A DNA stretch of 64,000 bases. Origin: Lytechinus pictus (taxonomy: Eukaryota). Under the pieces are notes generated by a model. That model saw nothing but the letters and a program-made list of their open reading frames with translations, did no database searches and was not told the DNA's origin. Made by a program: the position numbers and the translations under genes. Position 1 is the first letter of the stretch, and each line of letters opens with the position of its first letter. The DNA lies in the NCBI RefSeq assembly GCF_037042905.1, contig NC_087250.1, positions 27,406,001-27,470,000 of the forward strand. The letters are read 5' to 3'. This document shows, piece after piece, positions 12,880-25,543 of this stretch.

Positions 12880-14541
12880 ATGGCGTCTAAGTTCCCAACA
12901 AAGAAGGGTGGAGAGGTAGAGCTTCGTACAAGGAAAGGTCATGACATGACCTGGTCATGTGACAAGCATGGTGAGCCAATCAAATTTTACTGTAAGAAAC
13001 ACAAAATTCCCATATGTCATCCATGCGCTACCAAAAATCACAGCCAGAAACCATGTGAGCTAGACGACATCGAGGATGTTATCTTCGAAAGGAGAAGACA
13101 GCTAGATGAAAAACGGCCAAAAATACAGGAACTTCAGAAACAAATGGAAGCCCTCAAAGCGAAAATAAAGACTACATCAACGTCTGGAAGTACTCATCTT
13201 CGGAAAATTGACAACAACATTCAAGCTTCATATTACGACAAGATCGAATCTGTTGGAGAAAAGGAGAACAGGATGATTAGGGTTATTAACGAGGAGGCAG
13301 ATGAGGAAATAAGACTAGTAAATGAGAAGAGAGAAAAACGGATCAAAGACTGCAACACCGAGAGAGAAAAGGAGCGACAAATCATCAGAGACCAAAAAGC
13401 AAAACTTTTATCAGATGCAAAAAAAATCAGCGAAGTTGTTTCTAAGAAGATCAAAGATCTTGCTAATAAGAATCAGCATGTAATAAACACTGTAGAGAAC
13501 ATTGAATCAACCATCAAACGTATAAACCAACATGATGAAACATTGGTGAATGAAGCTCCTCAAGTACTTGCATCTATTGATGAAAATTTAAGTTTTAATG
13601 TTCATCAAGATGTTAGCGATTGTCTTGACCGAATACAGAATGAAGTTGAGAGAGTGAAATTTGTAGAGGGGGAAGTAGGTGGAGAATACTATGGTAAAAT
13701 TGATGGGTATATCGGTAAATGGGAACTTGTCAAGTCAATTCACATTCCATCGGTTGTTAATTACCCGTATGTGCATGGTTTAGTCAGTGATGATGAGATA
13801 TGTGTGCGAGACGTAGGTAACAATGTCATGTATATTACAAACATCAACACTCAACACACAGAGAAAGTCATTGATGGAGGTGTGTGGATTACATCATGTG
13901 CGCCCATAGACAGTAACGTAATAGTATGTGGTAAGGAGAGAGATGATCGCACGGGTGACAGGTTGAATGGATGCATCACTCTCTATGACAGACAATGGAA
14001 GGTGATTAGATACATCAGCATACCAGGGAATGGAGACGATTATAATAGTGTGTATGTTGATGTTGACAGGGATGGGATGATCATCGCTGCTCAGTTCTAT
14101 CAGTCTAATATCTACGTCATCAATCCTGCTGATGATAAGATAGTAAACACTATTACGATGCAGGGTAAGGTGGTGTGGGGTGAGATACAAGCCTTGTCAT
14201 CAGGTGATATCGTTGTGAACACAGGTTATAATGAATACACTGTCATCTCACGATCAGGAGAAGAGAAGGCTGTCATACACTGTGATGGGTCGGACTGGCC
14301 ACAGTGTCGCGTTGACAAACTGACAGACACACTCTACATCGCGTACTGGGATGGAGCGCGTAATCCCATCGCAGTTGATCAGGTGTCACGTGATGGTATC
14401 ATCCAGGCAAGGAAGATCGTGGAATACGAGCAATCAGATCGCACTAACTTAATGAGCCCTTGTCTCGTTACTCCTACTGGTAACTTTATAGGGTGTGATG
14501 GAAACAAACTTCTTCTCTACAAGAAGACATTAATCTTGTAA
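12880..14541 (+). CDS. B-box zinc finger / coiled-coil / beta-propeller (NHL-like) protein, TRIM-like with no RING in this exon, 553 aa
   Basis: Intact ORF; B-box CDKHGEPIKFYCKKHKIPICHPCATKNH; long charged helical segment; C-terminal beta-rich repeats (VDVDRDGMIIAA, IYVINPADDKIVNTI); AATAAA near 14810. Confidence 0.88.
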   Translation: MASKFPTKKGGEVELRTRKGHDMTWSCDKHGEPIKFYCKKHKIPICHPCATKNHSQKPCELDDIEDVIFERRRQLDEKRPKIQELQKQMEALKAKIKTTSTSGSTHLRKIDNNIQASYYDKIESVGEKENRMIRVINEEADEEIRLVNEKREKRIKDCNTEREKERQIIRDQKAKLLSDAKKISEVVSKKIKDLANKNQHVINTVENIESTIKRINQHDETLVNEAPQVLASIDENLSFNVHQDVSDCLDRIQNEVERVKFVEGEVGGEYYGKIDGYIGKWELVKSIHIPSVVNYPYVHGLVSDDEICVRDVGNNVMYITNINTQHTEKVIDGGVWITSCAPIDSNVIVCGKERDDRTGDRLNGCITLYDRQWKVIRYISIPGNGDDYNSVYVDVDRDGMIIAAQFYQSNIYVINPADDKIVNTITMQGKVVWGEIQALSSGDIVVNTGYNEYTVISRSGEEKAVIHCDGSDWPQCRVDKLTDTLYIAYWDGARNPIAVDQVSRDGIIQARKIVEYEQSDRTNLMSPCLVTPTGNFIGCDGNKLLLYKKTLIL

Positions 14542-15004
14542 ATCATCTAGACTATCAAAGGAATAATATCGGATTTGTAAGAGAAATATAGACCAGAGAT
14601 TTGTTTTCACTTTTACTTCCATTTCAATTTACGTCCTTCTATCTCTATATGTACGTGACTACATTCATATACACATGGCCATGGTGTGTATAATGTTGTA
14701 TCAATCCATATCAAATAGAAAACTGTCGCTAATGTCCACTCCGTCTAGATTTAGGTCTGTAATGAATGCACTCAGATCCAAATGAATAGTTTACTCGAAA
14801 CCTGAACAAAATAAATGCAAAATGTGTTAACGAATTGCCTACTTGAACCAGATGGTTATTGTAGAAAGTCTTTTAGAATGGCTGAATTCAGAATTGAACG
14901 TGTTAATAACTGAACTGATGTTATTCTCCTAATAGTGATCGGATTATTCCTCGATTAAAATTGCTCTCAGCTTTTAAGGTATTTGATTCGAATCAATTAA
15001 TCAG

Positions 15005-15163
15005 GACCCCATTTCATAAAAATGTTGACTATGATAGCAACTCATGCTAAAATGTCAATTACCATGACAACAATAACGATTCTGGTTCCTGATTGGCTGA
15101 TCCAATGAAATTTGATATTCAAACTGGAGTTGTTATCATAGCCAGGTTTTATGAAATGGTACC
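15005..15163. mobile_element. Small Harbinger-like MITE
   Basis: Inverted ends CCATTTCATAAAA / TTTTATGAAATGG; flanks CAG / CTG; central CTGATTGGCTG. Confidence 0.5.
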
Positions 15164-16626
15164 CTGGTTGATTTCATTGTTTTTTATTCTGTGGTAAAAA
15201 AAAAAAAAAAAAAAAGAACGGAAAGGGGTCAAAACTGCATGAAATTTAAGTTTCGTAATGTACACAATCCCCCCTCATGAAGTTAGATTAAAATAAGATA
15301 AAATCTCGTAAATAATGGTGTTTAATAGGGTTCTTGTTTAGTCTACATTCATATGTCAATATAAAGGGAAAGGGATAATGTTTCCCGTATAATTCTTTTT
15401 TTGCCAATTAAATATTCTCTAGTCATGTATAACAAAATAGGTGAGATTTTTTCAAAAATATTTAGCACACGGTATATTCATCAGATTCCTGAAAGCATTG
15501 CATCATATTGCTTATTTCAATCAGTGCATTTTTCTTCGCTTGTACAACTTTTACTTTATCCTCATATCGCTTAATATTTTCAACATAGATTACTGATTAA
15601 TTGTTTCCCAACACGAATAATATCATCTTACACATTGGCTACCTGACTATCAAATCTTAAGTAACAATAATATGGAAGTGAAACATTTTTTTTAAATAGT
15701 TATTTGTGTCGACGTTCTGTAATGATGTATTCGCACCTACTACGTTCAGTTATGTTTATCAACATCATGAAATTATGTCAAATTAATTTCATTATAAAGA
15801 TCATATGTCAATAAAAAAAACACATGATAGGCTAGCGTACCATGCTGTAAATAAATAAAACAGGAATCTATTTTTGTTTAACAGACAGAATTAGATAATT
15901 TGTCAAATATCTGCCCATAATGTAGCTTTTGTTCGTGGTTTCATGTTAATATAATATTTAACTCGATTCAATCCATTTGTTTATTTCGTTTCTATTTTAA
16001 ATTGTGTTTAGTGTGTAAACTGGAAGTCTATTCCAGAGGCATTAGCTAAAGTGAATATTCTTAAGATGAAAATGGTTGTATTCTTCTGATCATAATTGAT
16101 TCAAATTGTGTGGTTATTCTTATACATCTACCCCCCCCCCATCTCCCTTTTAACCCCTAAATTACCCCCTTGTACTGTGTAATACGACACGGATATCCAT
16201 GTTGCTGCAATAAGTTGTATATAAATCGTTATTGTCTAGGGTGTGTTGTTTTAAGTTAGGAGTATATCATTTTTCAAAAGAAAAAAAATCCAACCGAATT
16301 TATTCTTACAATAATCACCTTTGTACAGGTTAAGTTTAGCTAGGGTTTATGCTTTATTTCAACTATCAATTCAATTGCCCGTTATTGTCTATATAGTATA
16401 GGTTATTGAAAGTTCGTTCCTAAAAATGGAACGGGATATAGTGCTATATGTCTACATTTTCTTCCGGTGATATGTCAGATCTAACGATTTTTCTTGTTTT
16501 TGATTGGCTGAGAAGCGCTGTTACTATGGGTAATGTCAAATGAAACGCTTGACAATCCAAACTTCTTTTTTTTTTGCTCAATATTTGTTGTTTGATCTTA
16601 TACAGCTAATTACAATTTTCTTCATA

Positions 16627-18712
16627 CAACTAGGAAAACTAATGTACATAATGAACATTTATATTATGATATAACATGTATAATGTGATGATGTTAGTAT
16701 CTATTATTTCAAGTGTATATTGCAAGATGAGTAGAAACTATACTTTTTGTTTTTAAAATAATATATTTTCATTATAATTTGTTGTGAATTACTAACACTA
16801 TTAAATAGAAAAATAAACCGTTTGTTGATGTATATTACTTAAATCGAGACGAAATTATTCTTACCTACTTGAGAGCTGAAAATAGTCAAGTGAAAATAGT
16901 TCGGAAATATCTTTCTGTATTAATGTATTTAGTAAATTTCGAGAAATGTTTGCCAATGCAATATACAGTGCGTCCCACAAAAAACGAAACCGAAATTTAT
17001 CGATGATTTATCATAACTTAATCATAAATAAAATAGACAAATGACCTATCATTGTAAAGCTTAGAATCTTCTCTTTCATCTGCAATTACTTACATTATTT
17101 TTTATTCACGCATGAGTGAGTAAAAACAATTTGAAGAGGGGATACTAAAAAGTCATTTGGCGGGCTGTATCTGGATCTCAAAAAAGAAAACCGCATTTTG
17201 AAAAAGTTAAATATCTGCTCTTTAATTTGATACCTCAATTACAGAAAATGGTCAAGAAATAACAAAGTTCTGGTTATTTGAAATAAGGTTTGAATTTCAA
17301 TAATTTCATAAAATGAAGAGGTTTTACAGGCTAGCGTTCAAAATCACTCGACACTCCGTTTTGTTGACTATCAGCCATGCATTAATTCTTTTGTTAACTA
17401 TGCGATAGCTTCTGTGGGAAACCGGTGAAAACACGTTTATTTAATGAAATTATGGAAATACAAGCATTGTTTCGAGGGAACATAACTTTTTTACTTCTTG
17501 ACCATTTTTTGTGATTAAGGTATCAAATAAAAGAGCAGATATTGAACTTTTTAGGCATGTGATTCTCGTTTTAAAATTCAGATACCCCCCGCCAAATGAG
17601 TTTTTGGTATCCTTTCTTCATATTGTTTTTGCTCACTCATGTGTAAATAAAAAATAATCTCAGTAATATCAGATGAAAGAGGAGATCCTAGATTTACATT
17701 GATAGGTAATTTGTCTATTGTATTTATGATTAAGTTATGATAAATCATCGCTAAATGTCGGTTTCGTTTTTTGTGGGACGCACTGTATAGTGATATACAA
17801 ATTGCTGATCTAATTATCAACCGATCGGAAGAATATCTAAGATTTTAAATTGATCAAAAATACATGGTGTATTTTGAAGTTATTATCATAGTTATGAAGA
17901 GGGTGTTCTTAATACACAAATAATCACGTACTATATAATCAAGAAATTTTGTCAGCATAAATGAAAATAAATGTCAAACAAAATACCGACTTTGCTCAAT
18001 GTATGATGTTTAATATATACAGCTGATTATAATTCGCTTCATAAAACTTGGAAAACTATTGTACATAACATGCATAATGAACATTATTATGATATAATGT
18101 ATATCATGATATCTATTATTTTCAAGTGTATATTGAATGATGAGTAGAAAGTATACGTTTGCTTTTGATATAATATATTTTTATTATACTTTATTGTGAA
18201 TTACTAGGAAAAAAAGCAAAATTATTGTTGTTGGATAGACTTAAATCAAGACGAAATTAATCTTAAATACTTGAGAGCTGAAAATAGTCATATGAAAATA
18301 GTTAGGAAATATCTTTCTTTACTGTGGGTTAATGTATTTAGTACATTTCGAGAAAGGTTTGCCAATGCAATATATACATGATATACCGGTAGTTGTATAC
18401 AAATTACTGATCAAAACACCAATTATCAACCGATCTAACTATATCTTCACTATGGGTTATCTACGACATTTCGAGAAAAGCTTACCAATCCACAATGAGT
18501 TGTATGCACATTACTCATCTAAAAACCAAGTATCAACCGATCTGAATAAATGCTTAATATTTTTAAACTGATCGAAATCTTTGCAGTTTTTTTTTTGAGG
18601 TCATTATCATGGTGATGGGGAGGGTGATTTTAATGCACAAACAATCATGTAATGTTATAATCAAATAATTTTGTCAGCATAAACGAAATTAAATGTAAAA
18701 AACCCGACTCTA
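16627..18712. repeat. Local tandem duplication of a ~600-bp unit; copy 1 is interrupted by a MITE
   Basis: GGAAAACT.TGTACATAA at ~16632 and ~18051; shared TACTTGAGAGCTGAAAATAGTCA, TTTGCCAATGCAATATA and TTTTGTCAGCATAAA. Confidence 0.75.
16966..17785. mobile_element. Tc1/mariner-type palindromic MITE, 820 bp
   Basis: TA|CAGTGCGTCCCACAAAAAACGAAACCGA ... TCGGTTTCGTTTTTTGTGGGACGCACTG|TA; arms over 300 bp. Confidence 0.9.
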
Positions 18713-18759
18713 TATGCAGTTCATATTAGTGATTTACAAATGATTTTATTGGGCATGTA

Positions 18760-18991
18760 CACTCTAAATTACAGGGATTTAAAATAAGTCCAGATGGACT
18801 GTAGCTAGGGACCAATCGATTTCTGAATTTAGTTTTAATCCTAACGACTTAAATTTAAATCTCAAATGATTTAAATTTAAATCTTTCGAGATTTAAAAAT
18901 GAATCTTAAGGATTCAAACTAAATCCGGAATTCGATTGGTCCCTAACTACAGTCCATGTGGACTTGTTTTAAATCCCTGTAATTTAGAGTG
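18760..18991. mobile_element. Palindromic MITE with CAC...GTG ends and TA TSD (CMC/EnSpm-like), 232 bp
   Basis: TA|CACTCTAAATTACAGGGATTTAAAA ... TTTTAAATCCCTGTAATTTAGAGTG|TA. Confidence 0.85.
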
Positions 18992-19015
18992 TAGGACTGA
19001 TGGTAACAGACGAAT

Positions 19016-19432
19016 GGGGGGGGGGGGGGGGGAATGAGAAGATAAAGGGAAAAGAGAGGGGTGGGAAAGTGGAGGGAATGAGAGATTAAAAAAATGGAGA
19101 GACGAGGGAAGTAAAGATGGAAAAAATATAGAGAAAAATATATATATGAAAATAAAAGGATAAAGAGACGGAAAGGAAAGGGAAAGAACAGATGAGAGAG
19201 AGGGGGAGGGGGGGGGGGAGAGAAAGATAGAAGAAGGGGAGAGAAAAGAATGGAGAGACAGTGAGAATAAAGACTGAGAAAGAGCGAGAGAGAGAGAAGT
19301 GGAGGAGTGAGAAGGAGAAATGGAGAGACAAGGTGAATACAGATGGAATAAGAGAGAGAGAAAGAGAGAAGAAGAAGAAGAACTACCGAGAGACAAGGGA
19401 TGATAGAGAGAGATTGGGGGGAAGGGGACGGG
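19016..19432. repeat. Purine-rich low-complexity tract
   Basis: Almost only G/A with G-runs; explains the spurious Phe/Leu/Ser-rich ORFs. Confidence 0.8.
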
Positions 19433-19785
19433 GTGAATTTGTATTTGAGTTTGTATTTGTATTTTCCTTTCTTATCTAGGAAACAAAGAAACATTACATT
19501 ACAAAGTGAAATACATCACAAACCATGTCAATCATAAAAATTCATAACAAAATTGAAGAAAGGATGAATTTGAATTCCGTATAGATAGATCTGGCTTCGT
19601 CGAAATTAAGTAAAAGGAAACATAACTGAGGGGCTTGCCAAGAACGAATGAATTTAAGAGATTAAAAAAAAAATCATAGAAAAGAGTTAGAGAGAGAAAG
19701 AGGGGGGGGGGGGGAACAATCAGAACGCTACTTTTTTGCTTCACTGGGAAATTTTGTACGATTAAATAATATTAAATTATATTAA

Positions 19786-20408
19786 AGGGATGGTCCAGGC
19801 TGAAAATGTTCATAATAACTAAATAGAGTGAAATCCACAAAGCCAAATGCCGAAAATTTAATTAAAATCGGATAACAAATAAGGAAGTTATTGAATTTTA
19901 ATTTGTCTAATTTTAAACATTTTGTGAAAACAGTTATTTGCATATGGTCATGATTATTCATTAGGTGGGCTGATGATGTCACATCTCCACTTTCCTTGTT
20001 CTTATGTTATTACATGAAATCATACACGTTTCATTTCTTCATACATGTGCAAATGATGTGTCTCTATTACGATAAAATAGGTTGCAGCAATAAATAACTA
20101 TTGCACTTGATCAGTTGCCATCCAATTGTTTTAGCTCTTGGTAAAAAAAGTTTAATAAATCTAATTTCATATAATACAATACAAAAGAACTGGCGGGGAT
20201 ATGACTTCATCAGCCTACCTCATGAATATTCATAAAGACATGCCTAGAACAGTAGAACTCAGTGTTTCACCGGAATGATAATGCAAATCTTTAAAATTCA
20301 AATAACTTCGTTATTTTCTACCAGATTTTGATCACATTTTTAGCATATTGCTTTTTGATTTTTTTTCTTTTTATTGAGATTTGAATATCTCTAGCCTGGA
20401 CCATCCCT
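19786..20408. mobile_element. Kolobok-like TTAA MITE, 623 bp (second family)
   Basis: TTAA|AGGGATGGTCCAGGCT ... AGCCTGGACCATCCCT|TTAA. Confidence 0.85.
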
Positions 20409-23400
20409 TTAAATGTGACCATTGTGCTACTTCTAAAAATTCAAAGAACTACGCCACTGTAATATTGAAATTATGTTCAACGCTTCACCAAAATAATATA
20501 TCAAAATATAATAACACAACACAAGAAATACATTTAATTATAAAATTATAAAGAAGATTATGGCAATGGCAATTAATGAAAGTGAAATGTATATCTAACA
20601 CAAAATAATGTATACACTGACAGAGCAACGCACGTTGCTTATTGAATCACCCATTGAAAGTGAATTTCTTCTTTAGAAACCACCCAGTAATGGCTTCCAT
20701 AAAGTGACAGTGATCTGAAGTCGGGTATCATCTATCGGGAATCCACCTTCATGTCTATCCATTCTACGTCAAAAGATGGCGCTCTTTCATGTCTACATTA
20801 CACACACATTGAATCACTTGATGAAGATGTGATTTCTGACATTAATAAAATCAGTTGAAATCAGACGTCCTAGCAGTCTACATTGAAGCTGAAATGAAAC
20901 GATTGATTTCTGTAATGTCAATACGCTAAAGACGCACTCCCTCACTCCTCGCTTTTTTCCTTGCACAGAGCAAATATGCAACTAAATAGCTCATGAAATA
21001 AATTCGATGAGATTGAGGAATACCCCCCCCCATTGCCCAATTGGCAAGCATACACTGTTACTTTACAAACATGCACGTCAGGTCAAAATTTTTATGCAAA
21101 AGGAAGATCAAATGAAATATTTTCAAACTGAGAATGTCGTCTTCCATTATAATCGTTGGAGGAATCATGTCGGGGTTTTTTTGGTGAGGCACCGATCCCT
21201 TAGATATGCCAAATAAGCTGGAGGTTTCGTGTTGAGATAGAAAGGCCAACGCAAAAAGCAGGGTAAAAACATGGTGTTGTGATCATGTATCAAGATGCTC
21301 AAAGCTACCCGTCACAGGCTGAAAATGATATAGAGTGATACTCATTTACCAAAATGCTGAAAATTTTGATTAAAATATGATTACAAAATACTGCTGTTAG
21401 TGTATTTTAATGGGCTGGTGATATCACGTCCAGTGCCATAGAAAGGACTTTTCAAATAGCGGGTGCTGGGGGATTCGTTAAAAAATTTTTTAACTAGATG
21501 ATGCCCGAGGGGATTTCGGTAACTAAAAAAAAAGAAGCAAAAAAAAAAAAAATAATAATAATAAATAAATAAATAAATAAATAAATATATAAATAAATAA
21601 ATAAATAAATAAGTTTCTGCTGCCAAATGTTCCTCTATTTCAATCATTTTTTTTCTTGTCAACTTGATGGCAATGGAGTGCTTCCTATGTGATAGCATAC
21701 GCAACACCCTCTGAAAAATCATGAGGGGTGCTTCCGCATTCACCCCAGTACCTCCGCTTCATATTTTATTAAGTTATTAGATTAAATCATATTCCTCTAC
21801 TATCTGAAGACTTGTTTGCATGATAAATATATTACACATTTAATCAGTAGTCAATTCATGTTTTCCGACCTTGGTGGACGAAATTTGACGAAATATAATT
21901 TTCCAAAAAAAAAAAAAAAAGAATAAGTGCGGATTAGTCTGCAGGCACAGACCCTGATTAGAACTTCGACCAACCAGTGTGCCTCCACGCAAAGACTAGC
22001 ACATACAAAACTTGCTGTTCCAAGATAACCTTCAGTACACAAGGCATATAAGTAGGCTGCACATTAAGACCCTTAACTCGAGTGAAGGGTTTGCCCAGCA
22101 GACTAAGTGCGGATAGACATCATCAACTTGTTCATTGTATTGTAGCGAACCCGTCCGCTACGGTTTTTAGTTATAATGCAGTAAACGTAGATGGCGCTAT
22201 AGCATTTGGTGCGTTAGAATTCAATGATCGACTTATAGTATCCCGTAATTAGTAACCAACTGGAATAAAATTATTGGAAATGGTTTTTTGACTGATTTGA
22301 GTAGGTATGGGTGTCAACATTTACCCAAAAAAAGTTAGAAGGAATACGGGTTGGGGAAAGTGCTTTTTTTCAAGGTCAAAGGTCAATGACCTTTTTAAAT
22401 ATACTGTATCATGGTATCTCCCAGATAAATATTACAGGTTGGTGATTATGGTGTCAAAATGCACAGATTCTTTTAAGAAGATCAAATAAAATAAAATCAA
22501 GTACCTACAATGCTCATTCACCCATGAAATTCAAGGTCAAAGCCCTTCAAAGTTCAATGACATTTATTACATTATATACCATATACGGTATAATGGTATA
22601 TCTGAGATGAAAAGGTGCAGGTTGGTGATCTAGGTGTCAAAATGCAGAGGTTCTTACAGGAAGATCAAATAAAATCAAATTAATTACCAGAATGCACATT
22701 AAACAATAAAATTCAAGGTCAAAGCCTTTCAAAGGTCAATGACCTTTTTTCTACATCAAATACCATATACGGTATAATGCTATCTCTCAGATGAAAAGGC
22801 GCAGGTTGGTGATCTTGGTGTCAAAATGCACAGATTCTTACAAGAAGATCAAATGAAATCAAATCAAGTACCTACAATGCTCATTCACCAAATGAATGAA
22901 ATTCAAGGTCAAAGCTTTCAAAGCTCAATGACTTTTTTTTACATTGTATACCATATACGGTATAATGGTATCGCTGAGATGAAAAGGTGCAGGTTGGTGA
23001 TCTTGGTGTCAAAATGCAGAGGTTCTTACAGGAAGATCAAATAAAATAGAATTAAGTACCCAGAATGCATATTAAACTATAAAATTCAAGGTAAAAGCCT
23101 TTCAAAGGTCAATGACCTTTTTTACATTATGTATCACACTGTATAATAGTATCTCTGAGATGAAACGGCACAGGTTGGTGATCGTTGTATCAAAATTCCC
23201 AGATTCTTACAGGAAGGTCAAATAAGATAAAGTTAATCACCTAGAATGCATACTAACCCATAAAGTTCAAGGTCAAAGGTCAGTGACCTTTTTACATAGG
23301 CTATATATCGTATAAAGGTATCTCTGAGATAAAACGCTGCATGTTGGTGATTTTGATGTCAAAAAGCAATTTTTGCAAGAAAATAAAAAAGACTCAAAAT

Positions 23401-24736
23401 AATCCAATATCCAAAGTCAAAGGTCAAAAGTTGATAAATATTTATATATCCATGTATGATTCCCCCAAAAAAGACATTTATCCATTATATTCACATTTTA
23501 TTTGTGAATAATAAAAAGAAAGATAACTATTTGTAATGAACACTTGGAAGTCTAATAATTTCACTCTGAAAGAAATAAGGATAAAAAATGGCCATGGAAA
23601 ATATATTTAGGAGTTAAAGGTCAATCAACTATGTAAATAGCGTCAGGGAATTTAAGTAAATAGGTCGATATAACGTGATTGTGGCATGTAGGTATAGTGA
23701 TTCTGATGGGAAAAAGACTGACCTGCGTGGAAAAAGAACACAAATGTAATAGTTGAATCCTTGACCAATGATGATGTCAAAATACAAGTTCGAGGTAAAA
23801 TTGGATCAAATAGCACTTTTTCTTTATAATATATTGTAATGCATTGACAAAAGTGAAAAAAATAATGTGTGATATAATTTGAAATGGTGACAATGGTGAA
23901 GTTACCTAAAGTAGCAGCATTTAGATATGCATTTTATAAATCTAAATCAAGGTACTAATTTCTCTGTAGCAATAGGTCACTAACCTCAAATGCTACAATC
24001 AATACTATAACGCTATAACTTAATCTGTAAATGGAAAGGATAGGCCTAAGTCTTATGGCAAGCATCATCCGAGAACATTTTCATATAGCCAGGGATAATG
24101 ACGAAGAATTAAAATAAGGCAATCATTAGAGCTGCAGCTTTTTTGTCATAGATGAAGTTAAGTGTCTCAACTTCAGCAAAGAGTAATTGAACTCTTGAAA
24201 ACCTTCTGACATTTTCAAGACTTTGATCTGGCCCATTCATTGAAAGCCTAACGTTCTGTCAAGGGATATCAGACCAGGATCTATATTATTACTGATAATT
24301 GCACAGCTTGATTCTCAAGAACTGGAAGTGGTGCTGTAGGAGTTTTGTTAGGTCGATGGATGGGTTACAGCCCGATAGACCGCGGGTCCGATAGACCGCG
24401 GGTCCGATAGTCCGCGGGTCCGATAGACCGCGGGTCCGATAGACCGCGGGTCCGATAGACCGCGGGTCCGATAGTCCGCGGGTCCGATAGTCCGCGGGTC
24501 CGATAGACCGCGGGTCCGATAGTCCGCGGTGTGTGTAAAATTATGATCAGGATATAGTGAGATCCAATGCCATCAAGAGGTCAAAAGGCCAATGATACGA
24601 GTCCATGGGGTTCTATAACGATGACCCAAAGGACAATCGCCCCCTGACATGTACATCAAGGAAAATATTATCCCCATATTTTTATCGTCAGGGACTGTTA
24701 CCCCCCCCCCCGGAAATTTACCCTCTAGACGCCATA

Positions 24737-25393
24737 CGGAGCCTCTAAAATGCCATCGACTTGACGACATGGCGAGATACTTTATCTTGCCATGTCGACT
24801 AAATAAGCTTATTATGTCCGCATGGCGCGATACGTTATCCTGCCAAGTCAGTCGACTTAAATATGTTACATGTCAACATAGCGATATATCGGGATTCTCG
24901 CCGGGACTTGTACACTTCATATCTTGCCATGTGGACATATCGACTTGACAAGATAGAATATATCGCTATGTCGAAATAATAAGCGTATTAATTACTTAGG
25001 CGGCGGAAGCGGGGGGGGGGGGGAGGGACCTTTCCCCAAAAAATTTGAGGTGGGGTACGGTCCCCCCTAGATTTTTAGTTGAGAACCTTTTTTTTTGCTT
25101 GTCAATTTGTTTTCTACGTCCCCCCCCCCTAAATTTAGGTGGACCCCTCCCCTAAAATCTTTTTGTCCCCCCTAATTTAGGTTGATAACCTTTTTTTCTT
25201 GTCAAAAAATTTTGATGGTCCTTCCTATAAATTTTGGTTGATTTGCTTGTCAAATTTTTTACCTGTGTCCATCCCAAAATTCCAGGTGGACCCCCCTAGA
25301 TTGTTTTGCCTTCTGCCGCCAATGTTTAATTAAGACATGGCAAGATAAAGTACCATGCCATGTCGTCACGTTGATGGCATTTTCAAGGCTCCG
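24737..25393. mobile_element. TA-flanked palindromic MITE nested in the MuDR-like element
   Basis: TA|CGGAGCC..AAAATGCCATC ... GATGGCATTTT..GGCTCCG|TA. Confidence 0.7.
24995..25324. mobile_element. hAT-like non-autonomous element (innermost nest level)
   Basis: Ends CTTAGGCGGCGGAAG / CTTCTGCCGCCAATG; 8-bp flanks ATTAATTA / TTTAATTA (7/8). Confidence 0.6.
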
Positions 25394-25543
25394 TACTAGG
25401 GGTAATTATCCGGGGTAATTGTCTGGAGGGTAAATTTCCGGGGGGGGGGTATTACTCCCCGGCGGTAAAAATATGGGGATAATATTTTCCTGGTAGTAGT
25501 TGTCAGGCGGTGATTGCCCTAATTGGGTTATTGTTATCGAACC

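Noticed and set aside
15196..15215. A-run as the poly(A) tail of a retrocopied TRIM-like gene
   Set aside because: No poly(A) signal just upstream, no TSD, and the exon has a normal splice acceptor
18943..19494. Hydrophobic minus-strand ORFs resembling membrane proteins
   Set aside because: Translation of a purine-rich low-complexity tract
20680..22140. Possible host exons in apparently unique sequence
   Set aside because: Short ORFs without a recognisable domain or a consistent splice pattern
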